Of a stretch of 64,000 bases of DNA, positions 1-12,299 are shown piece after piece. Each line of letters opens with the position of its first letter. Positions within the stretch are counted from its first letter, which is position 1. This DNA is from Eledone cirrhosa. Its lineage: Eukaryota. The stretch is taken from positions 157,356,001-157,420,000 of the forward strand of contig OZ024741.1 of NCBI GenBank assembly GCA_964016885.1, given 5' to 3'. The position numbers were made by a program, and so were the translations under genes. Under the pieces are notes generated by a model, which was not told where the DNA came from, did not search any database, and was given only the letters and a program-made list of their open reading frames with translations.

Positions 1-58
1 TAATAATAGAAATTTAAAACCTAACCAAAATACCAATAATAACCCAAGCAATATTCAA

Positions 59-496
59 TTGAATAACTGTAACTGTAGAAATAAATCTAACTGTCCGTTA
101 AATAACAACTGCTTAGCTAAAAATGTAGTGTACAATTGTAATGTTAAAACTAATTTAAATTCGTTTAACTATGTTGGTTCTACCTCGACTGAATTTAAAT
201 TTCGCTTCAATAATCTTAAAAATTCTTTCACAGATCCAAAGAAAAAATCTTCAACTTCGCTATCTAGCCTACTATGGGACCTAAAACGAGATAATGTTAA
301 ATATTCGATGACTTGGAATATTATTTCACAAGCTACTCCTTTTAATTCCTCTTCAGAAAATTGTGATCTTTGTATTGAAGAAATATTCTTTATATTAAAG
401 TCCAAAAATTCCCTTAATTTAAGGAACAATTTATTCAGTTGCTGCAGACATAGATTGAACTCAACGTTTAAATATAAATATAAATTTAAAATGTAG
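59..496 (+). mobile_element. Penelope-like element, C-terminal GIY-YIG endonuclease fragment (family 1; 5' part lies outside the window)
   Basis: ORF has a Cys-rich linker CNCRxxxxCPLxxxCL, then VVY...YVGST..FKFRF (GIY-YIG), W.I and C.LC.EE motifs typical of PLE endonucleases. A long low-complexity 3' region follows. Confidence 0.8.
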
Positions 497-629
497 TTTA
501 ATTAATTAATTAATTAAGTAATTTAGTTAATATATGTAACCTGTCGATAAATCATTAGATTCCTTCACCTTTTTCCTTTTCTTTGGTTAAGTACCCAAGT
601 ATAAATTTTCTTCATAAATATAATTTTAA

Positions 630-1230
630 ATATAATAAACTATTCTAGAAAAGTTTATCCTTTCAATATCTTGAATAAAACATACGTAAGATAAATTTCT
701 ATACTAAACATATTATTTTAGCTTAAAATATTCTAAAATATTTTAAGAGTTTTTAAAATTTTTTTTTTAATTTTTGGAATTTTTAAAATTTTTTTTAAAT
801 TTTAAAAAATTTTTTAAATTTTTTTTATTTTTAAACTTTTTAATATTTAAAAAAAAAAATTTTATTTTTTTTTTTTTATTAAAACTTTTTAATATTTTGA
901 TACTGTAGAATCCTTGTTTTTTAAGTTATATTGATATAATATTTTATTTTTTATTAGATTTATTTTTTATTAGATTCATTTTATTTATTTTTTTATTAGA
1001 TTCATTTTATTTTTTATTTTTATTAGATTTGTTTTTATTAGATTCATTTTATTTTTTATTTTTATTAGATTTGTTTTTATTAGATTTGTTTTTATTCTGA
1101 TAGCTTCTCATAATTTTCAAAAGTTTGTCCTTTCAATATCTTGATTAAAATATACGTAAGATTAATTTCTATACTAAATATATTAAACATATTATTTTAA
1201 CTTAAAATATTCTATAATATTTTGGGATAT
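630..1230. repeat. AT-rich low-complexity region with a ~100-bp direct repeat (~650-740 / ~1120-1220) and a TTTTTATTAGATT tandem array (~945-1095)
   Basis: AAAGTTT.TCCTTTCAATATCTTGA.TAAAA.ATACGTAAGAT occurs twice; TTATTAGATT is repeated about 8 times. Confidence 0.75.
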
Positions 1231-1693
1231 TTTAGTATTTTGATATTTGTAGAATTCGTTTGCCTTTTAATATGACATAACTTAAGGTTTTCGTTCTCTC
1301 TCCCCTCTCTCTATCTCTATATATCTCTCTCTGGATTTTTTCTCTGTCTGATGGTTTGATATCTCCCCGTTATTTTTCCTGTTTTCTTTTCTTTTTGCTT
1401 TCTTCTTTTTCTTTATCTATCTCTCCCTTTCTTTTCTCCACGTTTTCTCTCTGTCTCTCCATCTTTTTACTTACTCTTAACACTATGACGTACTAAAGTA
1501 AACAAATCACTATCCTGATGGCCTCCAAAAACAACGGTCAATTTTTAAAGGGGTACGTCAATGTCTATTTATAAAACTGTTATATATTGTATTTTGTCTG
1601 ATGAAGGCATACCATAATGTAACTTGGTATCCTTGAAATATATATAATGAAATAAATATGATTTATAAATATAGTTTCCATTTATTAATATCG

Positions 1694-1879
1694 TATATAC
1701 ATATATATATACATATATATATATACATATATACATACATATATACATACATATATACATACATATATACATACATATATACATACATATATACATATAT
1801 ACATACATATATACATATATACATACATACATATATACATACATATATACATATATACATACATACATATATACATACA

Positions 1880-1915
<36 letters not shown>

Positions 1916-2002
1916 TACATACATATACATATATATATACATATATATATATATATACATATACATATACATATACATATATATATACATATATATATAC
2001 AT
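1694..2002. repeat. (TA)n/(TACA)n compound microsatellite
   Basis: Directly visible; explains the overlapping IYTY/MYVC ORFs. Confidence 0.95.
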
Positions 2003-2099
2003 TAGTTTGTTAGGTCCCTAGATCGGTTACTCTCGCCGATTCTGCTGAGGAGGTCTACTTAAACTGGGACTTGAGCTGGGACTCCTACTTAAACTTACC

Positions 2100-4013
2100 T
2101 ATAGTAATAATTACCTAGACACATATGACCTTAGCAACCTGTGCCCTACAAGACCAGCAAGAGGCAGACCACCTACCATTACCTCAATGGCCAAGAAAAC
2201 CCACACAGATAGATGGAACGGGTGGACCAGATCCATACGGACACCCGAAAACCACGATGAACTAAAGAAAATGATTGCACATGCGGTGGGGGCCAGCATA
2301 AAATTAACCCTTAAGGAACATATGTTCAAATTTAATGGAAAACCATATGCCCAAGAGGAAGGAGCAGCCATCGGTGTTAGCATTGCAGGCGACATAGCTA
2401 ACTTATTCATGGTATGGTGGGACAGTAGACTTAAACTTAAACTTAAAGAACAATTAGAAGACCCCTTAACCCTGATAATGTACTCCCGCTACGTTGATGA
2501 TATAAACATCGTAGTTAAAACACCCCCACTAGAGAACAGTCAGGAATTAGAGAAAAACACAATGGAAAGCATCCAGCAAATAGCTAACTCCATCCACCAG
2601 AGTATTAGAGTTACTATAGACTACCCAAGTAAACACCCCAACCATCGATTACCTGTACTAGGCACAGAGCTCTGGTTAGATACCATTAATAACAAATAAC
2701 AAATCCTCCATTCCCATTATGCCAAACCCATGACTTCCAAATATCTGATCCACCGAAACTCAGCTGTTTCGGACCATACCAAAATCAACATACTGATTGC
2801 GGATTTGGTACGGGTGATGAGAAACATGTCCCGCATGTGCAACCCTGAAGAACTAGAGAGACACATACAACACTTCATCCACTGTATGCAGTTCTCTGGT
2901 ACAATCAGAGAGATAAAATCAGAGTGTATAGAGGAGCCAGAACCAAATGGGAAAAAATGGTAAATAATGACACAAATGGGACCTGCCCCTTGTATAGGAG
3001 CAAATTTTGGAATAGAATAGAAAGAACTAGGAATAAGGCTAATAGAATAAACTCATGGTATGATAGCAATAAATACCAGAGTGTAATGTTCATCAATACA
3101 ACCCCTAGAGGTGAATTAGCTTACAAATTTAGAAGGGCCCTAGATAAACATAAACTCAATATTAAGATAGTAGAAAGACCAGGTACCTCCGTAAAAACAC
3201 TTATTAGCAAGACATACCCTTTTCAAAGAGCCCTCTGTATAGATAAGAAATGTATAACCTGTAAATTAAGCCCCCATATTAACTGTAAAACTAGAAATGT
3301 AGTATATAGCATAAGATGTACTGAAGGACAATGTAGAGACAAAAATATAGTGTACATAGGTGAGACAGCTCGTAGTGTAGGGGAACGGATAAATGAACAC
3401 TGGCGAGACCTTCAAGATAGTAAAGAATCATCTGTACTCTACCAACATGCTAAAATAGAACATAAGGGTAAATTAGAGAACATAGAAATAAAAATAGAAT
3501 CTACACACAGAAAAGACGCAATGTTTAGACAAATCACAGAGGCAATAAACATAAAAGAATTACAACCAAAATTAAATAGAAAACATGAGTGGAACAGCAA
3601 CATAACAACTTACAATTAAGGACAAAATGAAAACACACAGGCACATAGAACAAACAACCAATCTGTAACATGTAAATAAACAAATAAATAAATGAATATA
3701 AACACACACAGACACCCGGATGTGGCGCATGCGCAGACTGAGCACACAACACACACACAGAAACAAAATGGCGTAGGACAGAACAAAGGAGAGGCACAAA
3801 AACAAAGAAAAGAATCCCCAGTCACTGAAGAGGTCACAGAGTGTGTGACGAAAGAACTTTGACAATATATAAACAACCATCTGGTTGTGGAACCAACCAA
3901 CCAACCGGAAATTTATAAATTCCTAAATTTATAAATTTATTATAATAAATTGAAGTGAAAGCAACTGGTGCGTGTGTTTCTTATTGGCAACATGACCCTC
4001 CCAAAGTATAACA

Positions 4014-4015
<2 letters not shown>
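2100..4015 (+). mobile_element. 5'-truncated Penelope-like retroelement (family 2): RT, GIY-YIG and 3' pLTR region; disrupted
   Basis: RT motifs FKFNGKPYAQEEGAAIG and YSRYVDDINIV (2187-2699). In-frame stop at 2697 and frameshift near 2900. CxxxxCxxC linker, then VVYSIRC...YIGETARSVGERINEH (2924-3619). The 3' end runs into (TA)n. Confidence 0.92.
3820..3863 (+). ncRNA. Minimal type I hammerhead ribozyme in the PLE 3'/pLTR region
   Basis: GTCA-CTGAAGA-G-GTCACA gagtg TGTGAC-GAA-AG aa CT-T-TGAC: conserved core, 6-bp stem II, 2-bp stem III, stem I GTCA/TGAC. Confidence 0.75.
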
Positions 4016-4044
<29 letters not shown>

Positions 4045-4149
4045 AAATGTACATATTATATCTGTATGTAGTTGATGGCTGAGAGCAAGGAGTACTCAAT
4101 ACCGAAGTAGAGTTTAAATATTCATTTTATTAAGACTAAAAAGTAAGTC

Positions 4150-4195
4150 TTGTTACTCTGGAGTTTTGCCTGTTTCTCACAGGATCATCAGACAA
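4150..4195 (-). ncRNA. Degenerate hammerhead ribozyme (unrelated sequence family)
   Basis: Minus strand reads TTGT-CTGATGA-T-CCTGT gagaa ACAGG-C-AAA-ACT ccag AGT-A-ACAA. All three stems pair, but core G12 is replaced by A. Confidence 0.5.
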
Positions 4196-4515
4196 TGGCA
4201 GACACAGTATATATAAGGAAGACATGGGGTGGGTGACGGAGGATTTAATTGAGAAGGGGTAATTAAGATAAGATGGGCAAGGTTATGGTGGCAGTGGAGG
4301 GGGGGGGGGGCTGTGTGGAAGAAGAAGTGGGTAAAGGGTAGTAGTGGGTGTAGCCATAGAAAATAGGAATTTAGCCATAGAAATTTAACTGGTCAGTGGA
4401 AGGCAGGTAGTGAATGCGGAGGTGGGGTTAGTGAAAAATGTTGGTGGGATTGGCAGGTGCTATAAGTAAATAAATATATATATGTATATGTATATATATA
4501 TGTATAAATATATAG

Positions 4516-4552
<37 letters not shown>

Positions 4553-4904
4553 GAATTGGAAATAGCACGGAAAATATATTTAAGGATCTGTTTTTCTTAT
4601 TTTTCCTTCTTTGATTCATCAAAAAATGAGAGGGACAATTCTTTTAAAGAAAGAGTTTTATAATGTATATAAAATATATAAAATGTAACCGGTTTTGATG
4701 TGTCAGTGAAATCCATCTTATCAAAAGTTGAATATTACAATTAAAAAGAATTTAGAATATTTAAAAATTAAAGATTTGAAATTAAGTGTTGAGGCAAGTT
4801 TGTTCATCTTTCTTGGTGATAAGAAGACTGGATCTAAATCTGGGTGCATATATATAGTAATGATAAATATATATCAAATATATAAGAACTCTAGAGCAAA
4901 TATT

Positions 4905-6030
4905 TATTAAAATAACAGATTAAAGTTTAAGCAAAGAATCGCTGCTTTCACACTTAACGGGAACTTCTGAAACTAAAAAAAATCAATCTGTGAAAGCAGA
5001 AGTAAATATTTCGAAAAACGTTGCAACCAAAGGAAAACAGGGAGACAATACTTTGGTTTGTGGAAACGTTCCCTGGCAATGAACGGAAAAAAAAATCGAA
5101 CATAGTAGGTCATTATTTGGAGCGGTGAGAACAATTACACACAAAGACAAAACCACATTTATGGTATAAATGAAGTCGTAGACTAATATTCTATTTAAGT
5201 GGTTCGTGGAGATGCTCCCTGGCAATGAACGGAAAAAAAGCAAAGATAATATGTCATTATGTGGAGCGATGAGAACAATTACACGCAAAGACAAAACCAC
5301 GTTTATGGTATAAATGAAGTCGTAGACTTTAGGAAACCAAATGATTCTCGGCTTCAGTGTTAAGAATAATGTAAATAAATTACAGAGGTTATTGAAATCA
5401 ACAATAATTAAATATATACATACACGCATCCATATATGTACATACACACGCATAAGTGAAAAAACCCGCCATGGTATGCATATACAAACACATACACAAA
5501 AACACACGCACACATACAAAAACCCGCGCAACACCTGTACCCGCACACATACGAACGTATACACCAAATACTCATAAAAAAATATATAAAAAAAAAATAT
5601 ATATATATATGTGTGTGTGTGTGTGTATATACATATAATTATATAAACGTATATAAATATACACACATAAATACGTATATAACGCATGCACATGCATACC
5701 TACAGGTAAATACACATGTTCGCTAAATGTACATCAACCAAAAGACAAAGTACACATATACACACCCTACATACGTACAAACCCGCATACACATACAAAC
5801 GCAAAATACACGTATACACATAACCAAATACACATGTACCATTATATATAATATAATATATACTTACCTATACAAATAAGTAATGGTATAAACATAAAAT
5901 ATACTTAGCTACGCAACGTTTTTCGAAATATTTACTTGTGCGTTCACAGATTGATTTTTTTAGTTTCAGAAGATCTCGTTAAGGGTGAAAGTAGCAATTC
6001 TTTGCTTAAACTTTAATCTGTTATTTTAAT
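4905..6030. mobile_element. Repeat bounded by ~120-bp inverted arms (4905-5025 / 5912-6030), with an internal ~160-bp tandem duplication
   Basis: AATAACAGATTAAAGTTTAAGCAAAGAAT...TTCGAAAAACGTTGC is present with its reverse complement. The same arm recurs at ~30750-30945 and ~61410-61525. Confidence 0.65.
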
Positions 6031-6724
6031 ATATATATATATATATATAGATGATGATGATATATATATATACACTGTAAACGTGGTTGGTGTTAGGAAG
6101 GGCATCCAGCCATAGAAAACCTGCCAGACAGTCCTATACGAGCAAGACAACCAATCTTGCCTCAAGTGGGACAATTCCCATCTAAACCCATGCTAGTGTG
6201 GAAGATAGATGTTAAACGGTGATGATGATGATGATATATATATATATAATAACAAAATAAGATGCTGAGGTTACATACATCGTTTAATCATTATAATTAT
6301 TTCCACAGTTCTCCATGCAATTGAGATGTCCTCCATGCTTTTTCTATTGGTTATGAGATATGTTTGATATGTCGCTGGCAGGAAAAACACACGTCCTAGT
6401 GCCTGTGTATATATATATATATATATATATACATACATACACACACACACGGACACATTCACAACTATACTTATAAAGGACATTCAAAGAAATATATAAA
6501 AGTACTTAAAAAGTTATAAAAAATTCTAAAAGTTATAAAAGATTTTTAAGTTGTATATATATATATATATATATATACATACGAGATACGTGAATGCGCA
6601 TGGCAACCTAAACATAAACATACACACACACATGCACACAGACACACACATATATATATACATATACACATACATACAAACACACACATATATATGTGCA
6701 TATATACGTACATATATATAAAAT

Positions 6725-7732
6725 ACTAGCTCTTTCAACTGCGCAGAGGGTTCTATAGAAATAGTGGACAGCTTCCGTTACCTGGGTGACAAAATCAGCA
6801 GTGGGGGAGGGTGCTCTGAAAGTACAGTAGCTAGAGTCAGAACTGGGTGGAAAAAGTTCAGAGAGCTCATACCACTATTAGCCGCTAAAGGGTTCTCCCT
6901 AAAAATGAAAGGCAGGTTGTATGATGCCTGCATACGAACAGCAATGTTGCACGGCAGTGAGACCTGGGCATTGTGTGCAGAGGATATACGCAGACTAGAG
7001 AGAAACGAAGCTTGCATGCTCTGCTGGATGTGTAATAGTAATATACGTGAACGGCAAAGCATAAACGAACTAAGGAAAAAATTAGAAATAAGAGGGATCA
7101 GATGTTGTTTACTCGAGAGAAGGCTACGTTGGTATGGTCACGTGATGCGCATGAAGGACGATAGCTGTATAACAAAGTGCAGGGCAATAAAGATAGACGG
7201 TAGCCACGGAATAGGCAGACCCAGAAAAACCTGGGACGACCTGATAAATTCCGACCTCACACACTTACACCTCACCAAGACAATGTCACTGGACCGAGAC
7301 CTTTGGCGGTACTCAGTAATAGAGAAGACCCGCCTTACCTAAATACAAAGTAAAACCTACTACATCAGTAGGCATCTCTAACAAAATACACCCCCGTCCC
7401 ATCACCCCCACCCCATCCACACCGCCCCTTTCAATGTAAAGTTATGTTGGTGCCACAACATCCAGGCCGAAACAAATGAGATCGTGTAGGTGTCACGTCA
7501 AAAAAACACACAGTTCACGCTGTAATGTGGCTGTGTAGGCAACACGGTAAAAACCTCCCAGCCCCACACTGTAAATGTGGTTGGTGTTAGGAAGGGCATC
7601 CAGCTGTAGAAAACCCGCCAGATAGTCCTATGCGAGCAAGATAACCACTCTTGCCTCAAGTGGGAAAACCCTCCGTCCAAACCCATGCAAGCGTGGAACA
7701 CGGACGTTAAACGTTGATGATGATGATGATGA
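6725..7732 (+). mobile_element. RTE-clade LINE, 3' fragment with (GAT)n tail
   Basis: ORF 6764-7342: DSFRYLGD...KGRLYDACIRTAMLHGSETW...RRLRWYGHVMR...GRPRKTW. The 3' UTR ends GGACGTTAAACG(TGA)n. Confidence 0.92.
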
Positions 7733-8486
7733 TAATGATATACACAAAATGCACGCAATCATGTAAGTTCATGCCTATACACACATGCATATATATATAC
7801 ACAGGTATGAATATGAATATACAAGTTCCAGTCCATACATACATATATGTGGGTGGGTGTATGGGTACTGTAGTGATGGTAGGGAGACGATGGTGGCAGT
7901 GGTGGGGCAGAGAGTTAAAGGATTGAATAATTAAAGAACTGGGTAGCGTGGAAATATATAATCTTTGATGGGGTATTTAAGTGAGAGGTGGCTGGGGTAG
8001 TATTGATGTTAAGTAGATATGTGGAATATAACTTATGGAGATATAACTATGATGGAGGTTAAGAATATTATGGGATTATATATGATGATGATGATGGTTG
8101 TAGTGGCGGGGTGGTGTGATATGTGTATGTTAGTTGCGCATAAGATGTAAAGTATGAGGAATAAAGGAGGTAGAGAAAAATGAAAAGTTGAAGAACTGAC
8201 AATAGAAAAAATGGAAGCAAAGAAATTAAAAGTAGAGGAAAATTAGAACAAATATTAGAAAATAATAGAATAAATAAATTTTTTTTTCTAAATTTAAAAT
8301 TAAAAAATTAATAAATTAAAAATTACTAAAAAATTATTAAAAAAATTTTTTTTTTAATTAAAAAAATGTTAATTTTAAATTTAAAAGTGATAATGATGTG
8401 GTATGGGATTAGAAAAATGTAAGGATTAAAGAATATGATGTATGGCACGTGATGTATAGCATATAAGAATGGTGGAATATATTTTA

Positions 8487-8845
8487 TTTTCTGGATATAT
8501 CAGTTGATCGTTACGTAATCTAAACCTGCAGAAATACCTTTATCAAATGGCTAGCTAAAGAGAAACAAAAGAATTATATAATGTTGGTGGATATATAGGA
8601 CTGAAAAATTATCCGATCCATTACGTCTGGACACATCATCAAAAAAGTGTGTTTACATCCAAGGCTAACCAATCATGATGGGTCTGTCCTGAATATAACG
8701 GTATGGACAATTCTTCAGCCCAATGTGTCACCAACATTATGTAATTCTTACATTTGTCTTTAGCCAACCATCTTATGAATGTGTGTCTGCTTGATTTCTT
8801 TACATAACAGCCAACAGATATATCTGGAAATGTGCATAATGGCAT
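8487..8845. pseudogene. Two paralogous coding relics of unknown identity, fused tail-to-tail
   Basis: + strand FLDISVDRYVI*TCRNTFIKWLAKEKQKNYIMLV aligns with - strand FPDISVGCYVKKSSRHTFIRWLAKDKCKNYIMLV; many differences are synonymous. Confidence 0.5.
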
Positions 8846-9109
8846 TTTATTGAATTAATTAATTGAAATATGAAAAAATAACACCCTATCTTCAAGTTCA
8901 TTCATAAATTAAAACTCCATTGTATACCAGCCATATAATAGAGGGAATGGTACTACTTATGTGAAGTTTTTAATCAGGATTATACTAGAATTAATTAATT
9001 AAGGTGATGCAAATGCCACATTTCTAATTAATTAATCAATCATTTAATTAGAGACAACATATATACAGGGCAGAACCCCAGCAGGATGCTCTTGCCAAAG
9101 GCCTGAAGC

Positions 9110-9640
9110 TTCTCTGGAACAGAGAAAGGAAGGCTTGAACAGTAGTGGAAATCAGATGCCCAGAAAATGTCAATATAATGCTAAAGATTAGTGAAAAGGA
9201 GAACATTTATACTGAACTAATGAAGGATCTGAAGATACTCCACCCTAACCATACCTTTAGATTTGTACCTGTAATGTTTGGGGCTCTGGGATATGTTACT
9301 AACTCCCTCAGTACAAATCTTGAGAAGCTGGGCTTTACAGAACCAGAAATGGCACGGCTAGTAAGGAAGCTGCAAGTACAAACCATTGATGGAACTGTAA
9401 AAATATGTAAAACATTTAAGAAATTCAGCATGTAATAACTGTATATACACATGTATAGATACAAAAACATATGCATCTGTACACATATAACTCAAAACAT
9501 ACTGATCCACACATGCAATAACACCTATACTTGTGCGCACACACATACACAAATACATACAGACATAACTAGGTGGTATTGTCTAAATTCTAATGAAAGA
9601 GTTTTGTTTCTATGTTAGAAACTGGCTCTCTCTTTATAGG
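9110..9640 (+). mobile_element. R4/Dong-like LINE, restriction-like endonuclease 3' fragment
   Basis: ORF 9145-9435: EIRCP...EKENIYTEL...FVPVMFGALG. A related copy lies at ~19150-19580. Confidence 0.7.
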
Positions 9641-9707
9641 TAAAAAATTTATAAAATATTGAACCCTACATATATACATAAATAAATACAAATTGTATAT
9701 GTACATA

Positions 9708-9832
9708 CAGGGTGGACCAAAAGTCAGAATACATAGGAAAAATTACATTTTCCACATAGAGCATGTTATATGAATAAATTGTTTCTTATAAAAACATAAT
9801 TATTTTTCTTATGTATCACAACTTTTGGTCCA

Positions 9833-9837
<5 letters not shown>
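9708..9837. mobile_element. Tc1/mariner-type MITE
   Basis: TA-CAGGGTGGACCAAAAG ... CTTTTGGTCCACCATA-TA terminal inverted repeats flanked by TA. Confidence 0.7.
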
Positions 9838-9875
<38 letters not shown>

Positions 9876-11149
9876 TCATTTCTGAGGATGGCATGTATAT
9901 GTGAAGGTATGTATATTTCCTCTGATAATTTGCAATATTTTTACATAGATCTATATGATATACATACCAATACACATATACATCCCAGAAACGATCGTAA
10001 AATGATGAATTTTTTAATATAAGGAATTTGTTCTTTGTTTTTATTTCATTGTTTTTATTAATTTATCTTGACTCTGTTTTCCTATGATTTTTATCGAAAA
10101 TTTTTGAATGCATCTTCTCTTTTCATGATATTTGGATTGGACATTTTGGTAGATTTATCTATATATACATGTATGTATATATGTATGTATATATATATAT
10201 ATATGCATGTATATATGTATCTATATATATATATATGCATGTGTATATGTATCTATATATATATGTGCATGTATATATATATGTATACATATGTGTGTAT
10301 ATATATCATTATCATCATCGCTTTAACGTCTGCGTTCCCTGTTAGCGAAGCTTGGAAGGGTCCTTACAGACCAAGCCAGTATTGAAGCGGAGCCACTGAT
10401 CTCCCAGACAAGCCAAGGATTTGTGTCTCATTTATGTACGGTCTCAAATTCCATCGTGTGCTCTGGAGAGGTTGTCATACCTTTGAAACAACCGAGGGTC
10501 CTCCCAACCCTTTGTTTGGCAAGATTACAGCAGGATACCCTTCTTATTACCAACCACTTTATAGTGTGTACTGGGTGTGTTTATCGTGTAAATCACTAAC
10601 TTTAAGGAAGTTGTCATCTCTGACATAACTGAAGGGTCTTCCTGACCCTTTGTCTGGCAAAATATTTTTCGGCATATTCATTTTAGTTAGTTTTTGATTG
10701 TTGTAACTGAAAGTTATTACAGTGAGTCCTCATTCAACAAAATTTGACTCAACTTAGATCTATCATTAACAGAAAAATGTTAAATATTTAGATAAATAAA
10801 AGTGACATTGGAAACTGTAAGCAAAAAATGTCCCTGAAGAATAGCTATTTGGAAGACAGTCTCATAAAGCTATGACAAAGTAGCTATAAAGGGAGAATGA
10901 AAGTGAAGAGCAGCAAGAAGAAAGGCTACACACACACAATCTATTTTTAGAAACATTGAGCAGATATGTCATCATCATCATCATCATCATTTTACATCCG
11001 CTTTTCCCTGCTTGCAAGGGTGGGACGTATGTATTTATATGTATTTATTGAAAATTAACCTAGAGTTTGAAGCTTTAATGCAGATAATTTTTTTATTATG
11101 AAAAATAGTCTAATAAATTGGGCATAAAAGTCCCTGGATGTAAAAAAGT

Positions 11150-11921
11150 ATACAAGGTACTGTTTGCTTTTCTACTTCCCAAAACTTTGGTTTTTCCCAA
11201 GTTTATTCTAAGCCCTTTTAACTAAGTTCTGCTTCCAAAAGCCAGGATTTCTTCCATAGTTCTTCCACTCATTTGGCTGTAAGAACCAGCCTGTCTTAAA
11301 CCCCTTCATTATGGTCTGCACAACTATGATAAAAGATTGGATTAGGACTGAGCCCTGATGAACATTTACCTGCGCATTGAATTCCTCACTAAATCTACTC
11401 TCACCCTACAGACAGCTCTTTTGTACATGGCTTGCATGGTTCTTACAAACCATTCTTCTATGCCTAGTTTCCTTAAGAATCACCAGATAACAGATCATGG
11501 TACTCTGTCAAAGGCCTTCCCTAGATCAATGCAGCTGTCTCACTAAGAAGAGAGCATCTGTGGTGTTCCTCCCTGGCACAACTCAAAACTGCATCTCATC
11601 TAATTTGATTTTTTCTATAATTAGTTGTGCTAAAACACTTTCTGTCACTTTCATTACTTGGTTCATTAGTTTTATACCCCTGTAGTTGCTCCTTTCTGGT
11701 GCATCATCTTTTCCCTTGTAACAATTAATGAGTTTACTGCTACACCAGTCATTGAGTATGACCCTGTCATGTACTACCAGATTGATTATGCAGGTGACTC
11801 CTACTTCCCCAGAAGATTTCAGCATCTCAGTGACTCTTTCTGATCGACCAGCGACTTTACCATGTTTTATCTCCTTCATGGCTTCTTTGGAGCTACTACC
11901 TTTGCTGGCCACAATAGCCAA
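11150..11921 (-). mobile_element. Degenerate RTE LINE RT fragment
   Basis: YKGKDDAPERSNYRGIKLMNQVMKV...LDEMQF, with DLGKAFDRVP-like sequence further on. Confidence 0.8.
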
Positions 11922-12299
11922 TATAGCCTTCAGTGGTCTATTATTAACACAACAAAACCTTTCAAAGATGGCAGATAAGAACGTAACTTATACCTAATGA
12001 AGCTTTTGATATTACAGAAAAATATCTTGTTTACATAAACTATGGTTCTTTTTTAAATAGGATATATGATCCAACTTAGACCTGAATTTTTTTTACTATG
12101 ATAATTAGGATCCTACCATAATTATATTTTATTATCTCATCATTGTTCTTATGGCTACACTCTTTCAAAAGAAGCCTTCTTTCTAGTTTTGACTTTTACT
12201 GATAATATATTTTGATGTAATGATCTGCATCTTCAGGCATTCAATATATTGATAGTTTATATTATTTGCTTATTTTCATAATGTACAACTATTCTTATT

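Noticed and set aside
1485-1562. SECIS-like ATGA…AAA…GA in the PLE 3' region, with a TGACGTAC/GTACGTCA inverted repeat
   Set aside because: Helix II of a SECIS does not pair, and there is no in-frame TGA in the visible ORF.
9585-9635. Hammerhead-like CTAATGA…GAAACTGG downstream of the RLE fragment (similar at ~19522-19565)
   Set aside because: The core is mutated in both copies and the stems are not convincing; it would need a family consensus.
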